From assembly GCA_031285625.1 (NCBI GenBank), contig JAITVV010000070.1, forward strand, positions 32,001-96,000: a stretch of DNA of 64,000 bases, read 5' to 3'. Made by a program: the position numbers and the translations under genes. The DNA is from Prevotella sp. Lineage in GTDB: Bacteria > Bacteroidota > Bacteroidia > Bacteroidales > Dysgonomonadaceae. Each line of letters starts with the position of its first letter. Within the stretch, counting starts at the first letter, position 1. A model generated the notes under the pieces. It searched no databases. It had not been told where the DNA came from and saw nothing but the letters and a program-made list of their open reading frames with translations. Below, piece by piece: positions 1-11,117 of this stretch.

Positions 1-1
1 G

Positions 2-517
2 AAATACCCTAAAAAACTTAGCTACAAAAGGACAGAAATTGTAGGATTCAGATTGTATGTCGGCTCCGAAAATGGAGGAAAAGAAGTATCTACCGTAGGG
101 TTAAATCCTACAGAATACTGGTCGTTAGAATGGCTTTCCGAAGATCAGGACTGGGCAAAAGGCTTTTCGGTAGAATTTGTCGACGGTGATAATTTAACAG
201 TAAATAATGAATTCGATTCTGAAAAATTTTCTACAAAATATAAATTTGAAGGAGATAAATTATTCTTGTTTGATAAGGAAGAAAATGAGTGGACTTCTTT
301 TATTGATGGAAATAGAAATACACTTGCCCTTAAATCCGGATTTGCAAAATATAATCAGGTAAGAGCCGATGGTGCAAGTAGCGGAAGTAATTCCGATGAA
401 ACTCATTTTAGTCTGGAAGACATGATTGGTGAGAATAAGATATTTAATTCTTTAAGTGAAATGAAGCATATTGAAGACACAGTAATGTGGTATAATATAA
501 ACTATATATACGAATAA
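2..517 (+). CDS. Hypothetical protein, 5'-truncated by window edge
   Basis: Frame is open from base 2 (KYPKKLSYKRTEIVGFRLYVGSENGG...) to TAA at 515-517; followed by a terminator. Confidence 0.75.
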   Translation, partial: KYPKKLSYKRTEIVGFRLYVGSENGGKEVSTVGLNPTEYWSLEWLSEDQDWAKGFSVEFVDGDNLTVNNEFDSEKFSTKYKFEGDKLFLFDKEENEWTSFIDGNRNTLALKSGFAKYNQVRADGASSGSNSDETHFSLEDMIGENKIFNSLSEMKHIEDTVMWYNINYIYE

Positions 518-532
518 TAGTATATTGTATAA

Positions 533-570
533 GAAAGGAGGGCTATTATTATAATAATAGCCCTCCTTTT
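533..570 (+). terminator. Rho-independent terminator
   Basis: AAAGGAGGGCTATTATT-a-TAATAATAGCCCTCCTTTT inverted repeat followed by T-tract. Confidence 0.85.
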
Positions 571-641
571 TGTTTTTATTCCGCTTTGCCAATAATCATT
601 GGAAGGGTAATTTATCTATATATAAGTTCGCTGTTGAAAAG

Positions 642-697
642 AAAGTAACAGATAAATCAATCAAATACCTGTTACTTTTGTCACTTTTGTCACTTTT
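642..697. repeat. 9-bp tandem GT(C/T)ACTTTT repeats with upstream inverted copy
   Basis: GTTACTTTT GTCACTTTT GTCACTTTT at 671-697; AAAGTAACAG (642-651) pairs with CTGTTACTTT (669-678). Confidence 0.7.
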
Positions 698-816
698 TTA
701 ATTAAACTCTGCTATGCATACAAAACGATCATTTTCTTATTAGGTTAATTAAATAAATATCATATTTTTGTATATTACATGATAAAACTGGATATTTAAT
801 TACATTAACCTATCTA

Positions 817-1395
817 ATGAAAACAAATAAAAGAATTGGCGAGCGAATTAAAGAAATTCGCGAATCGAAATCCATTAGTGTTTCAGAAATGGTAGAACGT
901 TCTGGATTAGAAGAGACACAAGTATTAGCTATTGAGAAAACCGGTGGTATACCATCCTTGGCTCCACTGATCAAAATAGCACGTGTGCTAGGTGTACGTC
1001 TGGGCACTTTTCTTGACGATTATGATGAATCAGGACCTGTAATATCCAGAAAAGGACAACATGAAAAAGGAGTCAGCTTTTCTACAAAAAATACTACATC
1101 TCATAAACATATGGATTACTACTCGTTATCCTCTACTAAATCGGGTAGGCATATGGAACCTTTTATCATACAAATAGAACCTGTTGTGAGAGGAGTAGAT
1201 TTTGTATTGTCAACTCATGAAGGTGAGGAATTTATTTATTGCCTGGAAGGTTTTGTTGAGATTAAATATGGTAATGAAACCTATTGGCTTGAAGAAGGGG
1301 ATAGCATTTATTATGACTCTATTGTTGCCCATCATGTACATGCAGGAGGAGAACAAGGCGCTAAAATTCTGGCTGTAGTTTATACTCCTATGTAA
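817..1395 (+). CDS. XRE-family HTH transcriptional regulator with C-terminal cupin domain
   Basis: N-terminal HTH ([10 protein letters not shown]...[15 protein letters not shown]) and cupin motifs [21 protein letters not shown]. Confidence 0.9.
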   Translation: MKTNKRIGERIKEIRESKSISVSEMVERSGLEETQVLAIEKTGGIPSLAPLIKIARVLGVRLGTFLDDYDESGPVISRKGQHEKGVSFSTKNTTSHKHMDYYSLSSTKSGRHMEPFIIQIEPVVRGVDFVLSTHEGEEFIYCLEGFVEIKYGNETYWLEEGDSIYYDSIVAHHVHAGGEQGAKILAVVYTPM

Positions 1396-1412
1396 TTATA
1401 ATATCTTTTACC

Positions 1413-3065
1413 ATGCAACTTTCTGATAAAACACTTGGACAATGGCTTGAATATTGGGCCGAGAAAACTCCGGATAAAGAATATATAGTATATTCGGACA
1501 GGGATCTTCGGTTTACCTGGAAGCAATTTAACGAACGTGTAGACAATATGGCGAAAGGCTTATTGGCTATTGGAGTGAAACCCGGCTCACATTTGGGCAT
1601 CTGGGCTACAAACGTTCCCGACTGGCTTACGTTTCTGTATGCCGGGGCTAAAATCGGGGCTGTCCTTGTAACCATAAATACAAATTACAAGCAGCATGAG
1701 TTGGAATACATCGTTGATAATGCTGATATTGATACAATCTGTATTACAGAGGGGGTTTTTGATGGCAGTTATATAGATATGGTTTATGAAATGGCTCCCG
1801 AGCTAAAGACGATGCAACGGGGCTATCTGAATGTTTCGCGTTTTCCAAAACTTAAAAATGTAGTTTTTATAGGACAGGAGAAGTATAGGGGCATGTATAA
1901 TACTGCTGAAATACTGTTGCTTGGTAAAAACGTTCCGTGTAATGTTTTAGATAAGGCGAAAGCAACTGTGAAGTGTCATGATGTAGTAAATATGCAATAT
2001 ACTTCCGGAACAACAGGTTTCCCAAAAGGAGTAATGCTTACTCATCATAATATTACGAATAATGGCTTTTTTACCGGTGAGGCTATGGCTTTCACCCCTG
2101 ATGATAAACTTTGCATATGTGTGCCTTTATTCCATTGTTTTGGCATCACCCTCGCCACTATGAATTGTTTAACACATGGCTCGACACAAGTCATGGTCGA
2201 ACGGTTTGATCCTCTTATTGTATTGGCCTCTGTACATAAAGAAAGATGTACAGCCCTTTATGGAGTTCCTACTATGTTTATAGCAGAGCTAAATCATCCT
2301 ATGTTCAATTTGTTTGATGTAAGTTCACTACGGACTGGCATTATGGCCGGTGCGCTATGCCCTATAGAACTGATGAGGCAGGTTACAGAAAAACTGCATA
2401 TAACACATATTACCAGTGTATATGGACTTACTGAGTCTTCTCCGGGGATGACCCACTCTACGATAGAAGACTCGTTTGAGGCGCGTTGCACCACAGTAGG
2501 AAAAGAATATCCTTTGACCGAGGTGAAGATTTTGAACCCTGAAACAGGAGAGGAGTGTCCTTCCGGGGAACAGGGCGAAGTTTGCTGTCGCGGATATTTA
2601 GTAATGAAAGGCTATTATAAAAATCCGGAGGCAACAGCTGAGGTTATTGATAAAGATGGATGGTTACATTCTGGAGATCTGGGTGTAAAAGATGAGAATG
2701 GTTATTATCGTATTACGGGGCGCATAAAGGATATGATAATACGTGGTGGTGAAAATATTTATCCACGCGAAATAGAAGAATATTTATACCATCTCAAAGG
2801 TATAAAGGACATTCAGGTCGTTGGCATTCCTTCTGCAAAATACGGAGAAGTTGTCGGGGCTTTTATTATCTTACAAGACGGAGCCACTCTTCTCTCCGAA
2901 GATGTAAAAGACTTTTGCCGAGGACAAATAGCACGTCATAAAATACCAAAATATATTTTCTTTGTGGACTCTTTTCCTCTAACGGGAAGCGGAAAGATAC
3001 AGAAATTCAAACTAAAGGATATTGGTTTGGAAACATTGAAAAAACAAGGAGTGGAAGTAATTTAA
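1413..3065 (+). CDS. AMP-binding acyl-CoA synthetase
   Basis: [48 protein letters not shown] adenylate-forming motifs. Confidence 0.92.
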   Translation: MQLSDKTLGQWLEYWAEKTPDKEYIVYSDRDLRFTWKQFNERVDNMAKGLLAIGVKPGSHLGIWATNVPDWLTFLYAGAKIGAVLVTINTNYKQHELEYIVDNADIDTICITEGVFDGSYIDMVYEMAPELKTMQRGYLNVSRFPKLKNVVFIGQEKYRGMYNTAEILLLGKNVPCNVLDKAKATVKCHDVVNMQYTSGTTGFPKGVMLTHHNITNNGFFTGEAMAFTPDDKLCICVPLFHCFGITLATMNCLTHGSTQVMVERFDPLIVLASVHKERCTALYGVPTMFIAELNHPMFNLFDVSSLRTGIMAGALCPIELMRQVTEKLHITHITSVYGLTESSPGMTHSTIEDSFEARCTTVGKEYPLTEVKILNPETGEECPSGEQGEVCCRGYLVMKGYYKNPEATAEVIDKDGWLHSGDLGVKDENGYYRITGRIKDMIIRGGENIYPREIEEYLYHLKGIKDIQVVGIPSAKYGEVVGAFIILQDGATLLSEDVKDFCRGQIARHKIPKYIFFVDSFPLTGSGKIQKFKLKDIGLETLKKQGVEVI

Positions 3066-3118
3066 TAAAACTTAAATTACGACAATAGCATTTATTAGGA
3101 AACATAAAAGGTTTATAA

Positions 3119-3126
3119 TAAATTTG
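3119..3126 (+). promoter_or_regulatory. Bacteroidota sigma-ABfr -7 element
   Basis: TAAATTTG (TAnnTTTG) 45 bp upstream of ATG at 3171. Confidence 0.55.
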
Positions 3127-3170
3127 CCCCTCAAATAAAATTATGTTAACACTTTAGATTTCTAATAAAC

Positions 3171-4358
3171 ATGCACTCATCAACTACACTAACTAATAAC
3201 AATCGCATAGAGATTGCAGATGTATTACGTGGTTTTGCTGTAATGGGAATTACCCTTATCCATTTTATCGAACGGTTCAGTCTCAATAGCCACCCGGAAG
3301 AAACCTGCAACTTTCTGATGTTTACAGATAAGATAATCTGGGACAGCGTATTCTTTGCTTTTTCCGGTAAAGCGTATTGCATTTTTGCCTTACTTTTTGG
3401 TTTCAGTTTTTTTATTCAGGATAATAATCAACTTAAGAAAGAAAAAGATTTTCGAGGACGATTTGCCTGGCGGTTAGTATTACTTTTTTTTATCGCCTGC
3501 ATCAATTCCACTTTATTTCCCGGTGAAATATTGGTTCTCTATGCATTGGTTGGTTATGTACTTATTGTAGTTTGCCGTCTTTCCACCCGCACAGTTGCGG
3601 TCATTGCGATTGTTCTTTTGTTACAACCTTTGGAATGGGGACAAATAATTTATGCACTCTTTAATCCTGAGTATGTAGCAAATGCAGCGTTTGATGCTCC
3701 ATACTGGGAAATAGTCAATACAGCCCAGAAAGAAGGCTCCTTCCTCGAAATGAGTAAAACTGCTATATGGACAGGCAACATTGCTAATATGGGATGGATG
3801 TTATTGCATGGAAGGGTTACCCAAACGGCAGCGTTGTTTATGACAGGTATGCTAATAGGACGTGGTAATCTGTTTCCTTATTCAGAAGATAATATAAAAT
3901 TATGGGTTAAAGTATTTATAATAACCACCATTGCCTTTTTCCCGATTTATGGTCTGATAGCTATACTCCCCGATTTTATAAGCCGGGAGGCCTTACTTGT
4001 GCCTTCTGTCCTTATACTTAAATCTCTTTCTAATATTGCATTTACAGGAATCCTGTTTGCCGGGGTAATACTTGTTTATTATCTGACAAGGTTTAAACGT
4101 GTTCTCCATCAATTAGCTCCTTATGGACGCATGAGTTTGACAAATTATTTATCTCAGTCTTTGATAGGAGCATTCCTTTTTTATCATTGGGGACTGGAGC
4201 TCTATAAATACACTGGTATTACAGCCTGTTTCTTAATGGGTATCGGAATGTTTCTTATGCAGTTCTTCTTCTGTCGTTGGTGGCTTCGTTCACATCGTCA
4301 GGGTCCATTAGAATGGTTGTGGAAAAAGGCAACATGGATTAAAATAGGAAAAGGATAA
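3171..4358 (+). CDS. DUF418 (YeiB-like) integral membrane protein
   Basis: RI..ADVLRGFAVMGI, GRMSLTNYLSQS, QGPLEWLW motifs; multiple TM segments. Confidence 0.88.
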   Translation: MHSSTTLTNNNRIEIADVLRGFAVMGITLIHFIERFSLNSHPEETCNFLMFTDKIIWDSVFFAFSGKAYCIFALLFGFSFFIQDNNQLKKEKDFRGRFAWRLVLLFFIACINSTLFPGEILVLYALVGYVLIVVCRLSTRTVAVIAIVLLLQPLEWGQIIYALFNPEYVANAAFDAPYWEIVNTAQKEGSFLEMSKTAIWTGNIANMGWMLLHGRVTQTAALFMTGMLIGRGNLFPYSEDNIKLWVKVFIITTIAFFPIYGLIAILPDFISREALLVPSVLILKSLSNIAFTGILFAGVILVYYLTRFKRVLHQLAPYGRMSLTNYLSQSLIGAFLFYHWGLELYKYTGITACFLMGIGMFLMQFFFCRWWLRSHRQGPLEWLWKKATWIKIGKG

Positions 4359-4380
4359 TTATTGTTTGATTAGATATGTA

Positions 4381-4537
4381 ATAGAAGCTGTGTCAAAAGT
4401 AATTTTCACTTTCTTTTTGTCGTGTTGAACGGAGTGAAACATCTCGTGTATGGAGAGTCGAGATCCTTCGTTACACTCAGGATGACAAAGAGGCTAACAC
4501 TTTGATAGTGCTGTTTTACTTTTGACACACCTTCTAT
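4381..4537. mobile_element. MITE-like element with 22-bp terminal inverted repeats enclosing a palindromic REP-like repeat
   Basis: ATAGAAGCTGTGTCAAAAGTAA (4381-4402) vs TTACTTTTGACACACCTTCTAT (4516-4537), 21/22 complementary; internal TTTGTCGTG...GGATGACAAA palindrome. Confidence 0.6.
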
Positions 4538-4541
4538 ATTG

Positions 4542-6086
4542 TTATTCCGGATGTATTAGCAAATTCGGCTGATCCGAATATACTATATAATCCCATGATC
4601 GTAAGAAGTAATCATTATGAGCATCAACTTCAACTTTTATTTTATGCTTACCCTTAGGTAACTGATATTTCCAAAATAAATCATGCCTCCTGTATTTGAA
4701 ATCCGTTGGAAAAACGGATGTTTCGACTTTTTCCCCATCAATATACAATGAAGCTGTCAATTCTCCCTGTTCAGCACCGTTTCTTTTAATACCGGCATCG
4801 CCTCTCAAAGCAAAACCTGTACCATCTATCTCGAACTCGATAGTCCTGATATCATAATTGTGATAATTTATCCTACTTATAGGGAACATACCTTCAAAAC
4901 TTTGCTCATATTTTACAGTCTGAGGTTTTTGTACCTGAATGATAACGTTATCCCCATCAATCCTACCATTATTTCTTTCTATCATTTTCAGGGCATGTTC
5001 AAAACTAATGTCATATACCTTGTTTAATGACATATTGGTATATTTGAAGTTAATATCTTCTGCTCCGGTCAGTCCTTTTTTCCAATATTCAGGAATGTTA
5101 TCATAACCATACATCACTCCAAGAATACCACCGGCTGATGCCGGATTGCAATCTGAGTCCTGTCCGGCACGGGTTGATATTTCCAATGTGCGGGTATAGT
5201 TTCCTTTTCCGTAGAGTAGGCCTAGCACTACATAGGCCGCATTTATCCGGGCATCGATATTAAGGGCAGTAAAAACTCCCTCCGGGCATCCTATATCATC
5301 ACTATGGCCTTTTTGTAATAAGAGCCATGCCTGATGCCAATCGTCAGGATATTCTTTGTGCCATTTAATCACATCGGCAATACATTTATAAAATTTACTT
5401 TCTGTCGGAATAGTTTTTAAAGCCTCATTAACAATGAATTCAATATCATCCGATATAAAAGCCAGTGTATACATAGCTCCTATGTAAACTCCACCATACC
5501 AACCATCACCATAATTCATGATATGTCCTACTCTGTCACTTATCTCGGAGGCTGAATTTGTCATCCCGGGATTCATAAGTCCTGCAAAATCTGCTTCGAT
5601 CTGATAATCAATGTCATCAGCATGCGGATTGTTTAGCCAATGTCCAGGATCTTTAACACCATGCATTATATTATATCTTGCTGCCTGATTAGCATGCCAT
5701 AAATTGTAATCGGCATATGCAAAAGAATGTGCAAAAGAATCTACCGGAGCATCCATCCCTACTCTATCCAAGACCTCGACAAAGGTCAGGTCCATATAAA
5801 TATCATCAAAAAGATCGGGCCAACTATCCATAAGTTCTTTTACGTAACCTTCATGATAAGGTATAGGTTGAAAATCCTGAATAAATGTCCCATTATATTT
5901 AAACTCGGTATGACTGCCAAATGACACACCTATGGCTTGTCCTGCCCATCCACCTTTTATTTTATCATATAGCTGATTTTTTGAAAACGTTATTTTTTCA
6001 GGTAACAGTATCTCTTTTTTATCTGAATTACACGAATACTGGATAATACAAAACAAGACAATAAATATATTGAGATAATATTTCAT
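4542..6086 (-). CDS. ADP-ribosylglycohydrolase family lipoprotein
   Basis: DKIKGGWAGQAIG, DDIYMD, DDIDYQIE and GQDSDCN motifs. Likely start MKYYLNIF at 6086 gives a lipobox QYS-C (ORF track start 6155 is probably too long). Confidence 0.85.
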   Translation of the reverse strand: MKYYLNIFIVLFCIIQYSCNSDKKEILLPEKITFSKNQLYDKIKGGWAGQAIGVSFGSHTEFKYNGTFIQDFQPIPYHEGYVKELMDSWPDLFDDIYMDLTFVEVLDRVGMDAPVDSFAHSFAYADYNLWHANQAARYNIMHGVKDPGHWLNNPHADDIDYQIEADFAGLMNPGMTNSASEISDRVGHIMNYGDGWYGGVYIGAMYTLAFISDDIEFIVNEALKTIPTESKFYKCIADVIKWHKEYPDDWHQAWLLLQKGHSDDIGCPEGVFTALNIDARINAAYVVLGLLYGKGNYTRTLEISTRAGQDSDCNPASAGGILGVMYGYDNIPEYWKKGLTGAEDINFKYTNMSLNKVYDISFEHALKMIERNNGRIDGDNVIIQVQKPQTVKYEQSFEGMFPISRINYHNYDIRTIEFEIDGTGFALRGDAGIKRNGAEQGELTASLYIDGEKVETSVFPTDFKYRRHDLFWKYQLPKGKHKIKVEVDAHNDYFLRSWDYIVYSDQPNLLIHPE

Positions 6087-6171
6087 TTTATATTCTTTAA
6101 TAAATGGTATACAAAGCATTATGTATTGGCCTGCCCCATATACAGACCAATACATAAAAAATTACAATAAA

Positions 6172-7965
6172 TCAATTTTTAGCACCAGACCATCCCGGGT
6201 TTTGAACAAAGGTGTCTGGGTTTTTATTTACTTCTTCTTGATGGAAAGGCCACAAATAGTGCTTAGGAGCATCAAAAACACGGTTTTCTACCCAAGTCCG
6301 TTTAAAGAAATTATCATCACGTGCATTAATATCCATACCATGAACTGCCTTTACCTGATCGCTTATCTTCCAGCGGTTGCAGTCGAAATAGCGATGTGTT
6401 TCAAGAGCTAATTCTACCTGGCGTTCGTGTCTTATTCTCTCTCTCATTTGATCCTTCGTCAGTCCTGTTTTCAAATTAGGCAAGCCGGCCCGTGTACGGA
6501 TCATATTCATATATTTGTATACATCACTAACCGGCCCCGAAGCCTCGTTCAGTGCTTCCGCATAGTTTAGATATATTTCAGCCATACGGAAATAATTCCA
6601 TGTTTTTTTAACAAATATACCCTTTGGCAGATCTACACCATTCTCATCTAAAAACTTACGCATCAGATAACCGGTGGTTGAGTAGTCCGGGCCGCCCCCA
6701 CGTCCGTCAGGTGCTCCCATGCGGAAGTCGATTTGACGACCACGCCAATGAGAGCCTGTATATGTAACCGTTGCATAAAAGCGCGGCTCGCGTTCAACAA
6801 ACATATTAAATGTATTTTCAGGATAATATCCCTTCGGGTGTGCCTCAGCTTTAAAGCCTTCTTCCAAATATCCTGATTCAGGATTAATGATTGGGCTACC
6901 ATCGGCATTATATCCCAAAATCGGAGTTTTCCCATTAGCCATTTCATATGCATCCACGAGCTCCTGAGTAGGACATAAGCCTGACCAACCGCCTAGGCTG
7001 AGAGGTCCTGCTGCGCGCTCCATTTGATCGTAGAATTCCATATTCTTAGCAAAAATTATTTCCTTATTCCAGTGTTCTGTAAATAAGTAGCGATAGTTAT
7101 CCAATGGGTCGCCCGATTCGGCATAGTATAATCCATAACCGCCAGCCTCCATTTCTTCAATACATTTTTTTGTATAGTCGGCAGCTATTTTCCAACGTTC
7201 GGCATCATAAGCTGTTGGGAACAGGTGATTGCCCTCCTTATCGGTAAAATTTGCATAGTCTGGGTTACCATTCCACAAAGGGCTTGCCCTGTATAGCAAT
7301 AGTCTTGACTTCAGCGCCATAGCGGCAGCCTTAGTTGCACGTCCGTACCTGTCGGATCCCTCTTTCATATTTAGGTAAGTTGTAGCTCTGTCGCACTCAT
7401 TGGCTATAAAATCCACACATTGATCCAGCGGCATACGGATAGTTGTTTCCGCAAAATTGTCGTTGGTCTCGAATACCCTTTCATAGATATGCGTCGGTCC
7501 ATAGATGCGTATCAGTTGGAAGTGAAAAAAAGCGCGTAAAAAAATGGCTTCACCAATCCAACCCTGACGTTTTTGTTCGTCCATTGGTACTTTATCTACA
7601 TTGGCGAGAAATATATTGGTCTTTCTGATTCCCTGATAGGCCATATTAGAAACATCTCTTAATACATTATCCGGAGTCCACGAGCCATTATTCATGAAAT
7701 AGGCAAAACAGTTGGTGTAGGGATAATCCAGTTCATCGGCCGCGCCTACAAATGGGTTTTGACCCCAGTCGTTTGTAAAATTAAGTTCCCACGGAGTGTT
7801 CCAGTAGGTGGATGATAAAAATTGCTCCGCATAATATTCATTTGAAAATACGGCATCAAGATCCAGATCCTCATCGGGTGCTTTCTCCAGATAATCCTCA
7901 CAGGAAGTGCCCATTCCCAGTAATATCATCAGCAAAATGCTGTATAGTATACTATTACGTTTCAT
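6172..7965 (-). CDS. SusD/RagB family nutrient-binding outer membrane lipoprotein
   Basis: Lipobox TS-C-EDYLE; GEAIFLRAFFHF, GRATK, FRMAEIYLNYAEA, ERQVELALE.HRYFD, QNPGW. Confidence 0.95.
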   Translation of the reverse strand: MKRNSILYSILLMILLGMGTSCEDYLEKAPDEDLDLDAVFSNEYYAEQFLSSTYWNTPWELNFTNDWGQNPFVGAADELDYPYTNCFAYFMNNGSWTPDNVLRDVSNMAYQGIRKTNIFLANVDKVPMDEQKRQGWIGEAIFLRAFFHFQLIRIYGPTHIYERVFETNDNFAETTIRMPLDQCVDFIANECDRATTYLNMKEGSDRYGRATKAAAMALKSRLLLYRASPLWNGNPDYANFTDKEGNHLFPTAYDAERWKIAADYTKKCIEEMEAGGYGLYYAESGDPLDNYRYLFTEHWNKEIIFAKNMEFYDQMERAAGPLSLGGWSGLCPTQELVDAYEMANGKTPILGYNADGSPIINPESGYLEEGFKAEAHPKGYYPENTFNMFVEREPRFYATVTYTGSHWRGRQIDFRMGAPDGRGGGPDYSTTGYLMRKFLDENGVDLPKGIFVKKTWNYFRMAEIYLNYAEALNEASGPVSDVYKYMNMIRTRAGLPNLKTGLTKDQMRERIRHERQVELALETHRYFDCNRWKISDQVKAVHGMDINARDDNFFKRTWVENRVFDAPKHYLWPFHQEEVNKNPDTFVQNPGWSGAKN

Positions 7966-7997
7966 ATCTATTATAAGTTTAGTTATTTTTGTTTTTC

Positions 7998-10900
7998 TTA
8001 AAAATCTACTGAAAGCCCGAAGTTGATTGCCCGTTGGATAGGATACCAGTTATCTGATTCCGGATCAATTGTGTTATTTATCTTATCCCAGGTAATAAGG
8101 TTAGTACCATTGGCAAATACCCTGATATTCTTCATTTTCAGTTTGCTCATCACTTTCTTTGGCAGGGTATAGCCTATCTCCATATTTTTCAGGCGAATAA
8201 AGCTGGCATCTTTTTGCCATACAGTCGAACGTCTCATGCTCTGTGGGTTATTTCCGTCTGTAACCACCGGGTACTTAGCCGAAGCAGCCGTTTCAGGTGT
8301 CCATCGGTTGTCGTAAACTTCATTAAATACGTTGAAGAATCCCATCCCCATTTCGAATGGATAAAAAGTGCGGCCTTCAAACCACAAACTTGTACGGGCA
8401 GATCCTGTAAAGAAAACACTGAAGTCGAATCCTTTATACTCAATAGTACCACCAAATCCAAAAACTAATTCCGGGTCACGGGTGTAACCGATCGCTGTCT
8501 GGTCATTACTATCGATAATACCATCACCATTCACATCCTTGTATTTCACATCACCCGGTATAGGACGTCCACCAAGCAAGGTCTGGTCGTACCAGTTGTC
8601 AATATCTTCTTCGGACTGGAAAAATCCTTCAGCTACAAGCCCGAACGGTTGGCCGATAGAATGGCCTATTTCGGATAAATTATCCCAAAGTGGTTTTGCC
8701 TTATCATTCTCTATTACCTCGTTGTGTGCATAGGTTATATTACCTCGGAAAGAATAGAAAAATCCGGAAGACGTACGATCTTTAAATTCCAACTGAGCAT
8801 CAAAACCACTGTTTTTGGCCTCACCCAAGTTACCCCATAAGGAACTTGCAGAAATGAAACCCGCACCAGTTGGCACTGACGAACGCTGCATTAGAATACC
8901 TTTTCTTCTTTCGTGGAAGAAATCGGTCTGCAAAGAGATACGATCTTTCCAAAGCCCGAGATCAAACCCAGCATTTGTTTTGACTGCTGTTTCCCAAGTC
9001 ACATCATTATATCCAATCTTAGTCTCTATTATGCCGGGCCACAAGACTTGCGACTCACCAAAATAAGCTCTCTGATCCGATCCACCATCCAGTTTTGTCA
9101 GATACAAGAAGCGGTCTCCACCAATCTGATCGTTACCAACTTCACCATGTGAAAATCTGAGTTTCAGATTGCTTACCACTTTATCGTTCCAAAACGATTC
9201 GCCGGAAACTAACCAGCCGACAGATATAGCAGGGAAAAAGCCCATCTGTTTTCCTTTCGGAAAGTTTTCAGAACCATTATAGCCAGCATTAAACTCGACG
9301 AAATATTTCAGTCCATAATCATAGGTAGCACGCATCGCAAGTCCCTGGCTACGATATGGCAAATTCAAAAGAGAGGTTCCGGCCGATAAGTCATCATACT
9401 GCCTGCGATTGAAGAGCAACATACCCGAAACGGTATGCATCTTGTTGAACGTGCGTTGGTAATTAGCCGATACATCCCAATAGACAGACTGATTTGTATT
9501 TCGTGTTGCATTGTTGAATCCCATGGCCTGAGCTTCGCGAACAATATTGTACTGGTCTTCACCAGATTCATCTTTTCCCAGATATTGTTTTATTCCGAAC
9601 GTTTTATATCGTAATGCTTTATTTGCATGATAATAATCGAACGAAAAATGTCCTTTTACCGACAAGCCTTTTGTTATCAGGCGCGACAAATCCCATGTAA
9701 GTCCGGCTGTAGACTGTATAGTCGTCAAACGTTCGTCGGAATACCCGGTCTCGGTAGACTGCCCCCATGGATTGGAACCGATATAGGTAGGTATGCCTGC
9801 TATACTGCCGTCGGGATTGGTTTTAGGGAAAATGATAGGGCCTGTATCGCGCAAACCGTCGAAGATACCGGCAGCACCAGCACCAGGATAAGTACGGTCG
9901 TCAATAATACCGCCAACACCTAATTCTACGATTAAATCTCTGCTCAGGTTTATATCCACATTGGAACGATAATTGTATCGCGCTACCCCTGCATTCGTAT
10001 TATGTTCATTAGCGGGATTAGTCCTATATATACCTGTTTGATTAGAATATCCAAGGTTTACATAGTAACGTACGATTTCACTACCGCCGGTTACACTCAG
10101 GTTATTTATCGTTTGAAATGAATTCGGTTTCAGAACTTCGTCTATCCAATCCACATTGGGATAGAGGTAAGGGTCGGATCCTGTGCGGAATTTCTCCAGC
10201 TCTTCGGATGTCCAGCGGGCAGGTTTGCCCACATTTGCCAATCCCTCGTTCATTAATGAGGCATATTGGTAACCGTCTATATAATTCCTTTGAGACAAGC
10301 TAGTAAGAATAGCCATCTCTGTACGGAACGAAACCTGAGGTTTTCCTTGTTTACCTCTCTTGGTGGTAATCAAGATAACCCCATTGGCCCCTTTTACCCC
10401 ATACACAGCTGTCGCTGAGGCATCTTTAAGCACTGATAAGCTTTCTACCTCGTCCGGGTTGACAGTACCTATAGAACGTTCTATACCATCTACCAATACC
10501 AACGGATTTTTTGCACCCCATGTTGCCATACCGCGGATATATATATTTGCAGCATCAAATCCCGGTTCACCGGATGTTTGTCGGGTAATAATCCCCGGCA
10601 TACGCCCCGACAGGGCATTGGGTAATGAAGTAGTTGCAGTTCGTTTAATTTCGGCGGGCGCAATATTCGAAATCGAGCCAACAACACTCACTTTCTTTTG
10701 GGTACCATAACCCACTACAACCACCTCATCCATCAGATTCTGGTCGCTGCTCATTGTTATGTTTATTTCTGTTCTTCCTCTTAATGGTTCTTCCGTCGTT
10801 ACCAATCCGACATAGCTGTAAACTATTATTGCATCGGTAGGCACATCAAACGAATATCGTCCTTCAGCATCGGTAAAAGTACCTACAACGGTACCTTTCA

Positions 10901-11117
10901 CCGTTACGGTCACTCCAGGTAGAATGTCTCCTAAGTCATCCTTTACAATCCCGGATACTTTTATTTTACCTCCATCATTATTCTGAGCATTTACCATTAC
11001 AGGCAATAATGCCAACGAAAATATGATGCAGAATATCACTTTATGCAGATCGTGCATCTTCCATCTTCCAATAAGTACATTGGTTCCGGACTTTCTGTGA
11101 GTAGTTCGTTTTTTCAT
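7998..11117 (-). CDS. SusC/RagA family TonB-dependent transporter
   Basis: DEVVVVGYGTQKK, LKDASATAVYGVKGANGVILITTKRG plug motif, C-terminal F. Confidence 0.96.
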   Translation of the reverse strand: MKKRTTHRKSGTNVLIGRWKMHDLHKVIFCIIFSLALLPVMVNAQNNDGGKIKVSGIVKDDLGDILPGVTVTVKGTVVGTFTDAEGRYSFDVPTDAIIVYSYVGLVTTEEPLRGRTEINITMSSDQNLMDEVVVVGYGTQKKVSVVGSISNIAPAEIKRTATTSLPNALSGRMPGIITRQTSGEPGFDAANIYIRGMATWGAKNPLVLVDGIERSIGTVNPDEVESLSVLKDASATAVYGVKGANGVILITTKRGKQGKPQVSFRTEMAILTSLSQRNYIDGYQYASLMNEGLANVGKPARWTSEELEKFRTGSDPYLYPNVDWIDEVLKPNSFQTINNLSVTGGSEIVRYYVNLGYSNQTGIYRTNPANEHNTNAGVARYNYRSNVDINLSRDLIVELGVGGIIDDRTYPGAGAAGIFDGLRDTGPIIFPKTNPDGSIAGIPTYIGSNPWGQSTETGYSDERLTTIQSTAGLTWDLSRLITKGLSVKGHFSFDYYHANKALRYKTFGIKQYLGKDESGEDQYNIVREAQAMGFNNATRNTNQSVYWDVSANYQRTFNKMHTVSGMLLFNRRQYDDLSAGTSLLNLPYRSQGLAMRATYDYGLKYFVEFNAGYNGSENFPKGKQMGFFPAISVGWLVSGESFWNDKVVSNLKLRFSHGEVGNDQIGGDRFLYLTKLDGGSDQRAYFGESQVLWPGIIETKIGYNDVTWETAVKTNAGFDLGLWKDRISLQTDFFHERRKGILMQRSSVPTGAGFISASSLWGNLGEAKNSGFDAQLEFKDRTSSGFFYSFRGNITYAHNEVIENDKAKPLWDNLSEIGHSIGQPFGLVAEGFFQSEEDIDNWYDQTLLGGRPIPGDVKYKDVNGDGIIDSNDQTAIGYTRDPELVFGFGGTIEYKGFDFSVFFTGSARTSLWFEGRTFYPFEMGMGFFNVFNEVYDNRWTPETAASAKYPVVTDGNNPQSMRRSTVWQKDASFIRLKNMEIGYTLPKKVMSKLKMKNIRVFANGTNLITWDKINNTIDPESDNWYPIQRAINFGLSVDF

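Noticed and set aside
817-3065. XRE-cupin regulator plus acyl-CoA synthetase as part of the PUL or a biosynthetic cluster
   Set aside because: Common stand-alone gene pair in anaerobes; separated from the PUL by DUF418 and convergent orientation; no carrier protein
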